NCBI GenBank assembly: GCA_964016885.1
Contig: OZ024757.1
Coordinates: forward strand, 33,108,001 to 33,172,000
Origin: Eledone cirrhosa
Lineage: Eukaryota
Reading direction: 5' to 3'
Length of the DNA: 64,000 nt
The notes under the pieces were generated by a model. That model searched no databases and was not told the DNA's origin. It saw only the letters and a list, made by a program, of their open reading frames with translations. How positions within the stretch are numbered: position 1 is the first letter of the stretch; each line of letters begins with the position of its first letter. The position numbers were made by a program, and so were the translations under genes. Positions 12,954 to 26,489 of this stretch are shown in pieces.

Positions 12954-14084
12954 GTAAGATTTTTTTCTTCTTTTCTCACTAATTTTTTTACTAGTTTTAC
13001 TCACTAGAAACTTTTTTTCAACATGCTGATGCATATGTGTATATGTGCGTACGTGTGTGTATGTGCATATGCATACATTTATATGTATAAGTATATAAAT
13101 ATAAATACACAAACACAGACACACAAAAATACACAGTCACAGACATACATTCACACATACATTTACAGAAACACTCACATACAGTGTAGCAAAGGGAACC
13201 GGACACTGCTCACAACAGGACAATCCGTCTAACCCATGCTAGCATGGAAGAACGGACGTAAAACGGTGACGATGATGATATATATATATATTGTGTAGTA
13301 TAAATTTGGTAGAAATATGTATATATATGATATGTATATCTACATATATATATATATATATATATAGTAATAATAATAATAAATATAGTAATAATAATAA
13401 TAAATTGTCATTTAACATAAAACAAGATTATGATAGATACATATGAGTGTTGAAGTTTGCTTGAAGCATTGTGGACTATGAAAATATATATATAGTTAGG
13501 TAAAAAAAACAACCCATGTAGGACAAGGACAGAAAGGCAAAAGAACTGACAAATAATTGAATAAGGCGTAAATATAAGCCAGGTAAATAAGAAGTGTTAA
13601 AAAGACATTATGCAGTGAGCATATATAATTACACATAAAATGTAGAAAAATGTGTACAATGAAAATGTTTACACCAAATGAAGCAACCAAGCTGAAAATC
13701 TGAAGTCACTATCATGTTTCAACGTAGAAAATAAAATCTACAATCTACTTGCAGGTTTCTAACGACTTTGCTAATTCATACATAATACATTCCTTTTAGT
13801 TTTCTATAAAGATGATAGACACAACCACAAGGATATAGGCCGAACATGGAAGACCCGAACTCCCACTGTCATCGCCACCATCTCTCTCGCCCTCTCCATC
13901 TCTCTGTATGGTGAGCAAATGGGGTCCCACGTGCTGGTCTCCCCACAGTCCCGGCAGACAGAATGGAGAAGGTGTTTCCCTGGATACAGAGTGCATATTC
14001 AGTAAATGTTAATTAATTAATAAATAGACCAAAGAATTTAATTTGCAAAAATCTTTCCGCAATTATCTATTCGTGGACGATGAA

Positions 14085-14282
14085 CCAACCGGCAAGAAAC
14101 CCAGGGGTAGACCCCAAGCAAGATGGTTGGATAACATCCAAGAGCCTGGCTGGTCATGCTTGGGGATCTAGCCGGATCAGTTGGAGACTGTTGCTTCTGA
14201 CAAGACCCGCTGGAAGGAGTGTTTGAGGACTCTCCCCCCACGACCCTCTCAGGAATAAGTGGGTGAAGAAGCAGAAGAAGGA
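14085..14282 (+). mobile_element. RTE-type LINE 3' fragment (older family)
   Basis: GKKPRGRPQARWLDNI...ASDKTRWKE with an internal stop, followed by a GAAGAA tail. Confidence 0.65.
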
Positions 14283-14486
14283 GATCTATTCGTGAACATT
14301 TTTCAATACTGACCTACTCCTTCACAATAGACTGTTGGCAGTCAATTGCCGCCCAGCAATAAATTAGTTCAACAAGGCAGGGTAGTTGGGTATAAGTCTC
14401 ATGAGAGAAAGAAACTTGTTTAAGGCTGTGCTATGTCTCACATGTTTCATTCAGTTTCATTTTACTCTTGAGATTTTTTCTTTCAC

Positions 14487-14926
14487 TTAACGCTTTAACA
14501 TTCACATTACTCTATATTTACTATTATCTTTCCACAGTAAAGACTTTACCTCACATAATATCGAATCTATGAGATTTTGATATTATTTATTTTGAGAACA
14601 ATACCTTAATGTCAGTATGAGTGGCTGATTACAGCTGGTTTGAACAGAAAGAGGTGAGAGAATTCTGGCTGGATACAGCTGGTTTAAATGCTAAAGGGTT
14701 AACCCTTTAATGTTCAAACTGGCCAAAACCGGCCAGAATTCTCTACCTCTTTCTGTTGAAACTGGCTGTAACTGGTCGTTCAAACTGATGTTAAGGTATT
14801 GTTCTCAAAATAAATACTTTCAAAATCTCATAGATTCAATATTATGTGAAATAATTATGCAAGGTAAAGCATTTACCATGAAAATATAATAGTATATATA
14901 GAGTAATGTGAATGCTAAAGGGTTAA
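14487..14926. mobile_element. Two piggyBac-type MITEs head-to-head sharing one TTAA
   Basis: - copy 14487-14702 and + copy 14699-14926 joined at AAAGGGTTAACCCTTT. Confidence 0.85.
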
Positions 14927-15087
14927 ATTGATTTCCATTTTGATGTCTACAATTTTATATATCTAATTATATTTTATTTGAAAGTTTATTTCAGTTTCAT
15001 TTTATTATCTGCCATTTATATACCTAAAACGAAACATCCTTGTTATTCCATTTTTTTCTAATTTTGTTTACTTTTCTTTATTGTTAG

Positions 15088-15095
15088 AACTTTAA
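15088..15095 (+). CDS. Probable terminal coding exon of the VWA gene (...ICD-E-L-stop)
   Basis: T-rich tract ttttctttattgttag|AA CTT TAA, phase 1 matching the upstream donor, followed by non-repetitive UTR-like sequence. Confidence 0.65.
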
Positions 15096-15208
15096 GAGCT
15101 GCTCTCTGCCATTCTCCGAAGAACCCAGAAAAAGATCCATGAATACCATGCACAAGAAAATGCCTAAGAAGTTAAGACACACACACATGTATATTGTGTG
15201 TGTGTGTA

Positions 15209-15263
<55 letters not shown>

Positions 15264-17099
15264 GCAGAGCGCTCACCTCAGGCATTTTTGCCTCCAACTT
15301 TTGTTCACACATAATCAGCGCATAATTTCTTTCCACTTTCCTATACGTTTGATCATATGTTAGTCTGGCCAACTTACTAAGTAAATATGCTTTGCTGAGG
15401 AGATCTAATAAGATAGAAACATGTCCATTGTTTTCACCAAGTTTGGCTTATAGACAGGGTTCGCTCCCACTGCAATGTCTAAAATTGTTCCAAAAGACTT
15501 GAATCAAGCTCAGGCTACAGGAATTCTCTCTTTTACTTGCTTCTTATGATCTGAACATCCTAAAGGGAGTTTCAGTATGTGTATGTATAAATGTATATAT
15601 AAATATATATATATATATATATGTATGTATATATATATATGTATATAAGAAGATGGATGAGTTGCATAATGTTGAGTGCTTTCCTCATATTACGTCATGG
15701 TTAACATGCAGAATGACCAATTCTACCCAGTGGTAAACCACCAAATTTAAACAAATAATTGCTCCTTATCCAGTTGAGTGCTTTATGAATTAATAGAGAA
15801 CAGAGGCCCTTTCACTGATGCGGGACCTTTACCATCGTGGGATTGATAACATACCAGTAGGATTTTGTCTGACATAGGCAAGCCTGCCTCACAACTCAGA
15901 CCAGGCCCCGAATTAATACCTATCCACACTTGGAGCAATCAAAACTCCGTAGGATTTTATGAGTTCTTTGAGAAGTCCACACGTCTACCATTATGCTTCT
16001 GGATTTCTGGGTATCTGCATGAACGGTTATTAATCAAACCGGGCACTACATCTCACCTAATTTCAATTCTATTCTTTTCAAACTATACTTTCAAACTTGA
16101 CTTTTGTTTTCGAAACTTCAGTTTCTAAGCTTTACTATTTTTTTAGCTCTATAGTTTCTTTGTTTATTTGTTTATGTTTCACCCTATTTGTTATTTTGTA
16201 TTCCTATATTTTTATATTTATATGTTTATTGTTTATCTTTCACTCCCATGACTACTACTCTGTATTATGTCACTCATCCTTTACCTAAACTCTTTTACTT
16301 TCTATGTCCCCCAATACATTACACTTTCTATGTCCCCCAATACATTACACTTTCCATGAAATACTCCTTCACATATTTACTATTAACTATATGTATATTT
16401 GTCTGATTGATTGTCCCACCTACCCCTTGGGATTCATTCGCTATATAATATACGATAGTGTCTTCATAGTATGGTGATAGCTTGCTTTGAATGTATGTGC
16501 CTTGCCTATGTGGATTACACCCAGTATGATTTTGGGACTGACTGGCGCATGGAACCTAAGGACAGCTGGGGATTGTGTATAGTTTTTCCTATCTCATTGC
16601 ATCCTACGTAGCTTCAATTTTAATACTTCTCGACTTTAGCACTAAACTTCACTAGCATGGAGGGCTACGAATACATGGCATATTGTAACACCGGCTGGCT
16701 ATGGATACCCTTTTAGCTGCACTCAGGGCAACTGGGTCTGTCCACCCCTTCCTTCCTCAGTCGACATCTGTAATGTGTGACAGAGATATACACAAGACTG
16801 TTATATTAGTAGATGACAGGTTAAATCTAATGATCTGCTACTGGTAATCATGTAAACCGGTACTACCTGTTTCGTGGTCATGCCATCGGTAATTAAATTG
16901 ACAATGCCATGCTAGGGGGTCACATCAATTTTTTTTTTCTTTTCAATTGAGCTTTTGTATATAGGTCCAGTAGATAAGTCACATCTTGGTTTTTCATATT
17001 TTATTTCCATGACAGAAGGTGTTACTTATACATAAGTATATATGGGAAGTATATATGACTACAGTTATATAATTCAAATGTAAAATATATATGTGTGTG

Positions 17100-17155
<56 letters not shown>

Positions 17156-17454
17156 AAGGACCATATATCTTAGAGAATGTAAGAGGAATATGTACTCTAG
17201 ATGGAATCAGTAGAGTTCCTATTTATATGTTTGGTCCTTTCTCTCTCTATATATACATATATCTTTCACATTTCAATTATTATGGCTCTGGACAAAGTCT
17301 ATTGAGAAGCACAAAAATCAAACATATTTGATATGTTTTGATTCTTGACATTTGTATGTATATATATATATATATATATATACATATATACTTATATATA
17401 CACATGTACACATATATACATAAACATATATATATATATTTGCATCATCAGTCT

Positions 17455-18011
17455 GGAACCCCTATCTTGATCAGAACCTCCTGGAAACTGTTCAGAGACG
17501 TGCAACCAAGTGCATACCCTCCATCAGACACCTACCATACTCTGAACGCCTTGCTTCCCTGGGTATGGATTCATTGAAGCTCCGATGTCTGGCAATGGAC
17601 TTGGTAAACACCCACAAAATTATTAACCATCTCGCCAACAACAACTCTGAGCACCTTTTTGATCTCCATGTGTCTAACATATGTGGCCATGCCTACAAAG
17701 TCAGAAAACAGCACAGCTCCCATGACTTTCGTAAACATTTTTTCACGCTTAGAGTTGCTGAAGCATGGAACAAACTGCCTGCATCAGTTGTTAGCTGCCG
17801 AGACACTGCATCCTTTAAAACCCTCATGCTTCTCAAAATTCGCCAAAACTACACCTGATGTACCCCTTCCATACATATGCACGTGTATATCATGACTCAT
17901 GCACTGTTCATTTTCCTGACATTTGTACATTACCCTATGTACTATACATACACTTTTGATGAGTTATAGTGCACCTGAGCACTGTACACAATATATTTCA
18001 TTATTATTATT
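17455..18011 (+). mobile_element. CR1-type LINE 3' fragment
   Basis: RATKCIPSIRHLPYSERL...GHAYKVRK...FFTLRVAEAWNKLP, with an (ATT)n tail. Confidence 0.88.
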
Positions 18012-18037
18012 ATATATATATATATATATATATAACA

Positions 18038-18106
18038 ACTCTGTCTGACGACCGATCCAGACGTATATTATTATTGTCTGGGATCCAGAAACCTTTAGTA
18101 ATGGAG
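18038..18106 (+). ncRNA. Degenerate type I hammerhead ribozyme motif
   Basis: CTCTGT-CTGACGA-(GATCCAGAC..GTCTGGGATC)-GAAA-C..G-TA|ATGGAG. Confidence 0.5.
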
Positions 18107-18137
18107 GAGTTATATCTTGTGTTGTTCACTTTCTAAT

Positions 18138-18183
<46 letters not shown>

Positions 18184-18939
18184 GAATATATATAGCCAAT
18201 CTCTCGGACTTTTAAGTGCTGATAATATAAAGAATGACGTGGTGAAGTGCAGAGATGCTATAAAATAGTTTCTAAAATACAGTGAAGACCATTAAAAGAC
18301 AGTAAAAGAAGTTGCCATCAGCCACAATGAGGAATCGAACCCCATATTTTCCAGATACCAGTTTTATGGTTAAAAACACCTAGCCAGTATATGGCAGACA
18401 TGGGATTTAATTCCTCATTGCAGCCGATGGTAACTTCTTTTTCTGTCTTTTAAAGATCTTCACCCTATTTTATGGCATCTCAGCACATGAGTACATCTTT
18501 CTTTATATGAAATATATGTGTATGTATATATATAGTCGTACATATAAATATATATATATATATATAGTATGATTGTGTAACTTCAGTAATATTTGAGGGG
18601 CAGACGAAGAGTCTACCACGAAGAATACAAAAATCAAACAATTTATTCATTTACAAACAGGAGAAATTATTTTTTCATGATCTATCAACATTACTGTCTC
18701 AAATCTAGGTGATCAGTTTTATTATTCAGTATTGATCATCAATATTATCAAGTATTGAACTTCTGTGTGCTGATAATATAACGCAAAGAAATTGTTCTTT
18801 GCAATTTGTAGAGGAAAAATATATAAGAATGAGAAATTTCTAGTGCTTAAGAAGTTTGCATTGAAATATATTAAGGGTACATGTATCTGTGGAATACTCA
18901 GCCACTTTGCATGCTGTTTCAATGAAAAGACTGTTCAGT

Positions 18940-19140
18940 TGATCAAACAACTGGGCAACAGTCATACAGTGTTCTCTTGCTGTCCACACACTTCTTCCAT
19001 CGGTGTTGCAGTATTTGGATGCCATTGAAGAAGATGTTTTCATCCTGTTGGTAAAAAAAGTCATCAACAACAGATACGACCTCATCATCACTGTGAGACT
19101 GGTTCCCAGCCAAGTGTGTTTCATGTTGCGGAACATCCTA
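18940..19140 (-). mobile_element. mariner transposase C-terminal remnant
   Basis: [24 protein letters not shown] resembles the mariner ...GI..L..RW.KC end motif. Confidence 0.6.
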
Positions 19141-19239
19141 TGTCTACGTGTCAGTGTGTGTGCCCTTGTGTAAGAGAGACAGAGAGAGTGTCTGTGAGAG
19201 CCCATCATGTGTATGTGTGAGCGAAAGATTGTGTGCAAG

Positions 19240-19313
19240 TATGTATATGTACATATATATATATATGTATATATATATGTATGTATATATGTATATATAT
19301 ATATATATGTATG

Positions 19314-19350
<37 letters not shown>

Positions 19351-19377
19351 GTATGTATATATATATATATATGTATG

Positions 19378-19413
<36 letters not shown>

Positions 19414-19505
19414 TGTATGTATATATATATGTGTATATATATATATATGTATGTATATATATATGTATATATGTATATATATATATATGTATGTATATAT
19501 ATATG

Positions 19506-19536
<31 letters not shown>

Positions 19537-19779
19537 GTATGTATATATATATGTATGTATATATATATATATATATGTATGTATATATATATATTGTATG
19601 TATATATATATATATGTATGTATATGTATATATATATATATATATGGTCTTTAAAGCGATGAAATACCAATGATGGTTGGAAGATCACTGATGAAGGACT
19701 AACTTTATTCATATATATATATATATATATATGTATGTGTATATATATATATGCATGTATATACATATGTATATAAATA

Positions 19780-19855
<76 letters not shown>

Positions 19856-20045
19856 TATGCATGTATATACATATGTATATATTTGCATGTATATATGTAT
19901 ATATATATATATATGTGTGTGTATATATATGCATGTATATACATATGCATGTATGTATGTATATATATATATGTGTGTATATATATATATGCATGTATAT
20001 ATGTATATATATATATATATGTGTGTATATATATATGTGTATATA
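19240..20045. repeat. (TA)n/(TATG)n microsatellite tract
   Basis: Direct inspection. Confidence 0.95.
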
Positions 20046-20632
20046 TTTTTTTTCCTTGAGATAGTTTGACTATAAGGGACTAATGTGAGGTTTTCACTCA
20101 ATATATACTTTTGATACACACACACACACACATATATATTTCTTTATTAACCTTATTTATTCTACTCACCAGAACATTTCATCTCTGTTATAAGGGTATG
20201 TATTTGTTTGCCGTGTTTTTCGTTATTTTTTTTTTTATGAAACCATCTCTTCTTTGGTACCCCCTCTCTACACCCCACTCTCTCATTTATGTATATAAAC
20301 TACTGTTCATCACTTCATAGTTATTAAGTAGCTAAGCCACTTTTCACTTTTATTTTTAAATGTCATTTATCATATTTATTTTGTGTAGAAGTTCAATGTA
20401 ATATTGTAAAAAATAAAGTATACAAAAGAGACTTATGGTCTTTTGTTTTTAATTTTTGTTTTGGTTTTCCCAACAAAAAAATTCTAATATGTATGTATGT
20501 ATGTCTGCATGTATGTGTGTATGTATGTGTATCTATGTGTGCGAGCATGTATCTATGTATCATCATCATTTCACATCCGCTCTACACCATTTTTTGTAAG
20601 ACAACAAAGGAGTGAAACAAAATAAGTAATCA

Positions 20633-20675
20633 GTCACTGAGGAGTTCACAGAATGTGTGACGAAAGATCTTTGAC
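20633..20675 (+). ncRNA. Type I hammerhead ribozyme, apparently intact
   Basis: Stem I GTCA/TGAC, core CTGAGGA, stem II GT(T)CACA/TGTGAC, GAAA, palindromic stem III AGATCT, cleavage after CUU, then AATAAA. Confidence 0.7.
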
Positions 20676-21208
20676 AATAAATATACAACCATCAGGTTAT
20701 TGAACCAACCAGCCAACCAGAAAGTTATAATATATTGAAGTGAAAAGCATCAGGTCCATGTGTTTTTATTGACAGCATGACCCTTCCAAAGTATAACTCT
20801 CTCTCTCTCTGCGTGTGTGTATGTGTAATAGAACGAAGTTTCACTTTAAAATGTATTTATTGTTTATTGACTGGTACATATGTTTGAGATCTATATGAAG
20901 GTGATAAACCTGGCTCCAGCATCGATCTGCTCCTCAGACCTGTAAACTCAATCAAAATATTCAGCCATGTAGAGCGATAATTTTTTTAAAATTTATTTGA
21001 ATATGGCAAAGCCAGCCATTAATTGCTCGTATACTGACTGGCCTGTCTGCTGATATGCAAATCTGGCTGATCAGTGGATCTGCTAATATGCAGATCTGAT
21101 TGATCAGCCAGTCTGCTGATATGCAAATCAGGCCAATCAGTCACTGTATATTTTAGAAAATATCATATATTTTCACTAGCTCTGACAGTTGGCAGGTGAA
21201 CAGTGAAA

Positions 21209-21250
21209 TGCACTGATGAAGGGTAATACCCAGAAACATTAGTGTCTACA
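21209..21250 (+). ncRNA. Type I hammerhead-like motif
   Basis: TGCA-CTGATGA-A-GGGT AAT ACCC-A-GAAA-CA TTAG TG-TC|TACA. One stem I mismatch and an imperfect stem II base. Confidence 0.5.
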
Positions 21251-21357
21251 GTTCAGTTCTCAAGAGCAAGAATGAGGGGCTCATTCTACTGACATGGCTT
21301 TAAAAAAGAGTCTGTTTGCATAATTGCAAATGAATCGAATAATATTATTAATCTTAA

Positions 21358-22574
21358 TAGAACTAGAGAATAAATTCCAAACTTGGAAGCAGGGACTAGA
21401 AAGAAAGGGTCTCAAAGTCAACATGACAAAGACTAAGGTCCTTGTAAGTAGACGAGAAAACAGAACCCAGATCCCCTCAGGGAAATAGCCTTGCTCAGTA
21501 TGTAGGAAAGGTGTAGGTAGGAACTCCATTCTCTGCCCCAAATGCAAACAATGGGTACACAAGAGATGTAGCGGGATCTCAGGAAGCTTAATTAAGAATG
21601 TAGGCTTCACATGCAGCAGCTGTACTGGGACAGCAAGCAGCAAACAGCCACAGGAAACAAGTACCACCAATCTCTGGGAGGGCTCTGTAGAGACAGTAGA
21701 TAGCTTCTGCTACCTAGGTGGCCGAATTAGCAGCGGAGGTGGGTGTTCAGAAAGTACAATAACTAGGGTAAGAACGGGATGGAAGAAGTTTAGGGAATTA
21801 CTACCACTGCTAGCTGCAAAAGGCTTCTCCCTCAGAATGAAAGGCAAACTGTATGATGCGTGTATCTGAACAGCAATGTTGCATGGTAGTGAGACCTGGG
21901 CGCTGAAGGTGGAAGACTTACGTAGATTAGAGAGAAACGAAGCCTGCATGCTCCGATGGATGTGTAACAGTAATATACGTGAATGACAAAGCATAAATGA
22001 ATTGAGAGAGAGACTGAGCATAAGAGGAATCAAATGCTGTGTGCAGGAGAGGCGGTTGCGCTGGTATGGACATGTGATGCGTATGAAGGATGACAGCTGC
22101 ATAAAAAGGTGCAGAGCACTAGAAGTTGATGGAAACCGCGGAGTGGGGAGACTCAAGATGACCTGGGATGAGGTGATAAAAGCCGACCTTACCCAATTAC
22201 ACCTCTCAAAGGCAATGACACACGACCGTGACTTCTGGCGTCACGCAGTAATACAGAGTACCTGACCTCCCATGGGTACAAGCTGAAGCATATAGACAAT
22301 ATGCCCACACAGCAAGGTGGTCGTGGAGGTGCCACAGCAAAAATAGCACCCAGCCCACACTGTAAAGTGGACGTGTAGGCGCCACGAAAAAGCACCCAGC
22401 ACTCACTGTAAATGAGGTTGGTGTTAGGAAGGGCATCCAGCTGTAGAAATCAGTTCCTGTATGAGCAAGGCATGGTCAGCCGACCAGACACTGCCCACAA
22501 CAGGACAACCCGTCTAACCCATGCTAGCGTGGAAGAACGGACGTAAAACGGTGATGATGATGATGATGATGATG
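21358..22574 (+). mobile_element. 5'-truncated, inactivated copy of the RTE LINE
   Basis: Closely matches the reverse complement of 59154-60384. It has in-frame stops (TGG>TAG, CGA>TGA) and a (GAT)n tail. Confidence 0.95.
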
Positions 22575-22601
22575 AATCTTCGAAAAACTCAGATTACATT
22601 T

Positions 22602-22632
<31 letters not shown>

Positions 22633-23086
22633 AATCATTGCCTGGGTGCGGGTTTGTAATCACTACAGAATCAGCATTCGATATGTAAACAGAGGTAAAT
22701 ATATTATATAAAATACATGGCAAACTAGCATATACCTTCCTAGGTACTCAGAGTTTCTCGGTGCAAGCTGATATTATATTTGCAACAATATATATATCAT
22801 GACAATATTGGAACATAGCTAGACAATATTTATTATATATAATACAGTAAACATTATACAAAGGAAAGGGGCCAGAGGACAGCAGAAAAGGAGATGGACA
22901 GGAAGGAGTTTGGCAGAATGTACGGCAATTGCAAGAGACAGGAAAAGATGGAGAGTACTGGTCCATAAGTCCATGATTCTTGACCCTCAGATATGAGGAT
23001 GGGATGAGAGCGAGCGAAATATTATATAAAGGGTTTACATAACATATGGAGCTGGATATAAATTCATTATCTTTATCTAATTTTAT

Positions 23087-23273
23087 GCTGGATTGGCAGT
23101 ATCGGTAGAGGGTCGGACGCCATGCTTTGACGCATAGAGTTACGACCCTTGCTATTCTGAGTTCAAATCCCGCCGAGGTTAACTTTGCCTTTCATCCTTA
23201 CGGGGTTGATAAAATAAAGTACCAGTAATGCACTGGGATAATTGCTGGCCTTGTGCCAAAAGTAGAAACAATT
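23087..23273 (+). mobile_element. Meta-like tRNA SINE
   Basis: Full copy. ATTATCTTTATCTAATTTTAT occurs at both ends (TSD-like). Confidence 0.8.
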
Positions 23274-23409
23274 ATCTTTATCTAATTTTATCCTAGGAAT
23301 ATATTTTGGCCATTATAAAAAAAAAACTATATATAATACAGTAAACATTATAAATATCGGGATTACATTACATGTAAGCCTGAACAATGCTATATATAAT
23401 ACACTGTGA

Positions 23410-23620
23410 TCTCTCGGCCAACTACATTTTCCAGCTTGTCGCTTTCAAGACGTTCGGGGGGAGTCAGGCTGCTGACTGAGTTTCCCATCTTCACTGGCAG
23501 TTCGCTTAATAGAGGTAATTGGCGAATCTTGTGAGGGCGCTTGGTTGTTCCAGCGCATCAGCCTAGCCATCATCCAAGGTAACGCTGCGAATGTGCTGGC
23601 TTGCCTAAAAAATCATTAGA
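23410..23620 (+). mobile_element. CRE-like non-LTR retrotransposon 3' fragment
   Basis: YIFQLVAFKTFGG...EGAWLFQRISLAIIQGNAANVL is the typical CRE-clade C-terminus. Confidence 0.7.
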
Positions 23621-24029
23621 GAGGTTTCCCAGTACTCCTCTCGATGCTGCTGTCTTTTGCTCTGGTGGTGGCTCGATTGTCCACCCCTTCCTTTATATTA
23701 TATTCGTCTGTGCTTTCATTCTGTAAGCATTGTATTATTATTATATATTTTTTTTCTTTTTTTCTTTCTTTCTTTCTATTTATAATATTATTATATTTCT
23801 CTTCATATCGTAGTGTAGTTAAATTTGCCTTTCATCCTTACGGGGTCGATAAAATAAAGTACCAGTAATAAATTAGGTATTTGTTGGCCTTGTACCAAAA
23901 GTAGAAACAAATTATTTATACAACTGTAAATAAAATCATATTTTCTTCACACAAATGAAACAAACAATAAATATTTCACATTAAAATATAAAATCAAAAC
24001 GGAAGAAAATATTAATTCAACACTAAGTA

Positions 24030-24930
24030 ATGTGTGTCAACCGGAGCCTTCCTTTAATACTTTTTTAAGCAAGCCAACACAATGGCAGCATTACCACAGG
24101 TAATAACGAAGCGAAGGTGTTGGAACAACCAAGCACCCTCATGTCCATCACCAGACACCATAGTAAGGTGAGCCGCCAATGATGACAAGAACTCCATTAT
24201 CAACAGTCAGGCTTCCCCAAATGTCTTGAATGCCACAGGTTGGAAAAATAGTTATTTGATAGTTCCAGGTATTTTATTCCGTTCGGCTACGAAAGCAGTG
24301 TTTAGTTTAGTTGATAGTCTTTTAGCTCAATTGAGCAGGATCCCCAGTTTCTCTTTGAAGGAGCCAAAATTGGTTCATTCGTGATATCATTTGGTAAAGA
24401 ATTCCAGAATTCTACCACTCGTAATGTAAAGAAACTATATTTGGCAATGGTATCCAAATGCTGTTTCATCAACTTCAATGAGTATCCACGCAGTATTTTG
24501 TTTGACAGTGTGAATAATTCACTTGCATCCAATTTGGAAGTGCCATTTTGTATTTTATAGATATCGCAGAAGTCAATAAATTAATGTATAGGCCCTCACT
24601 TTTACCATAGGATCCTGGATATGTGAAGAAGCAAAACAGCCGCTGGCTGTGATATCTCCAAAGAGACATCCACCTCTTACCCAGGAGCAAAGGGTAAAAA
24701 CATCTGGTCTTTTACCATCAACTTTGGACAATCCGGCCAGCTCCAGAATTGAGGAGATATTTACACAGGCCAGAGCCCAGTTATTAATTAAGTTTAGCTC
24801 AGTGTGGTGAGCGAAACGACCTGCATTCAGACAGCAAAACAAACCATGAAGATCTATAGAATCAAGGGACCTATCACAGCAACATGTCAATCCCCACAGA
24901 CATCGGCTCCCACTCTTTGTAAAATTCAAT
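24030..24930 (-). mobile_element. CRE-like element (REL domain) interrupted by a CR1 fragment at ~24302-24570
   Basis: HHTELN...DGKRPD...WVRGGCLFGDIT, then FQPVAFKTFG...WLFQ...GNAA. The insert encodes FFTLRVVEFWNSLP. Confidence 0.7.
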
Positions 24931-25774
24931 AGACAGTTTTACGATAAATATAAACACTTAAAAACAAAGTTTTGTATTGTAAAACCAGAGGTGGTTTCAA
25001 GTGGTTTGATATAAAAAGGGTTTAACATCATTAATATATAACACAATGATGGGAAATTAAAATCATATGAAAATAGTTAACTTACGAAAGGTCTTTTATT
25101 GTTGGTTTAAGGATTGTCTTAATAGTTTTGGTTTGAATTTGAATTAACTGCAAAGTAAAGACGATTTGACAATAATGGCTCTGGGCTTCAAATGATAGTC
25201 TATATGTGTGTTTTTAGGTTTTCAGGTTCAGCGGAGCTCAGGTAGTTCTCAGGTGTGATGTGGTGGTGATGGCTAAAGCTTTTAGAGTTTGTAATGAAGA
25301 GGGCTTCGTTTAGTTGTTAGGGTTTGTTTATTTTCTTGAATTTTAATACATATTTATTTCATAAATAACATTACAAATCATTTGCAATTCTTTCAGAATG
25401 AAAATATAAACAGAGCATATAAATAAATTTACAGTAGAATAACATTACAAATATGTTTTAAATATATAGATAAATAACATTAAAAATGCTTCGATAACAT
25501 TATAAATAGCTCGCGATTCATTCAGAAAGATATATTCTTTTAATATTGCAATATTAAAGAAAATGTAAAGGAAGGGGTGAACAACGGAGCCAACACCAGA
25601 GCAAAAGACAGCAACGTCGCGAGGAAAGGAAGACAAAGCTGAAACTTGGAAGTCATTGCTACTGTTCTAAATTTCTACATTCTAGCCACCAGTATTGAGA
25701 GCTCTATTGGTTTATGTTTCAAATACGGTATTTTTTATGCACACGCTAATATATTGCTTACCAATTAAATGGAT

Positions 25775-26070
25775 TCAGGTTCACTCTCGCTGTGTGGTAC
25801 CTTGGGCAGTGTCTTCAACAATAGCCTTTGGTTGACCAGTGTTTTGTGAGTGGAATTTGGAATGCAGAGACTGCATTGGCTCACCGTATGTGTGTGTGTG
25901 AGTGTTTACGTTTGTGTCTGGTTATGTCCAGAAACATAGTTTCGACAAACTGAGATCGATAAAAGAAATTCCAGATTTGAAAATATTAGTATTGAGGTCG
26001 AGATTATCGACTTTAAGACAGTTCTCCAGCATGGCCGCAGTCAATTGGAAACATTAAAAGAATGAAATAA
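25775..26070 (+). mobile_element. Degenerate CORE-like octopod SINE
   Basis: GGTACCTTGGGCAGTGTCTTC...CCAGCATGGCCGCAGTC...AAAAGAAT tail. Confidence 0.55.
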
Positions 26071-26489
26071 TGTGTATGTGGATGTGCATACGGGAGAAAC
26101 ATGGCTTAATACATAAGTAAAGTGATAATTCATAAGTAATACATAAGTAAAGTGATATATGTTTTATTATAACTGTAAAACCATAACGAGTGACCCTGTA
26201 AGCGACGAGTGACCCTGTAAGCCACGAGTTTCGTGATTCAAACTAAATTTGAGTGCATTATGGACGAAACTCCTGGCCCTCCAGTCACTAGATATAGTTT
26301 TACAGTTAAAATAAAATAAATTATACAAACATATGTGTATGTCAATGTATAAACATACCGAAAACCATAATAATTTCCAAGTCCATCTTTTTACAAGCCT
26401 CAGTGAGTAAAAAAAACAGTCCAAGGGAGATAACTCTTACAAAACTTGTGCAATAGTTTATGCATTCTTCTATCTTTTACTGTTGCACT

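Noticed and set aside
19683-19710. CTGATGA hammerhead start; also weak candidates at 4440-4560, 13690-13780 and 16400-16440
   Set aside because: Missing the GAAA/stem III half or too degenerate to fold.
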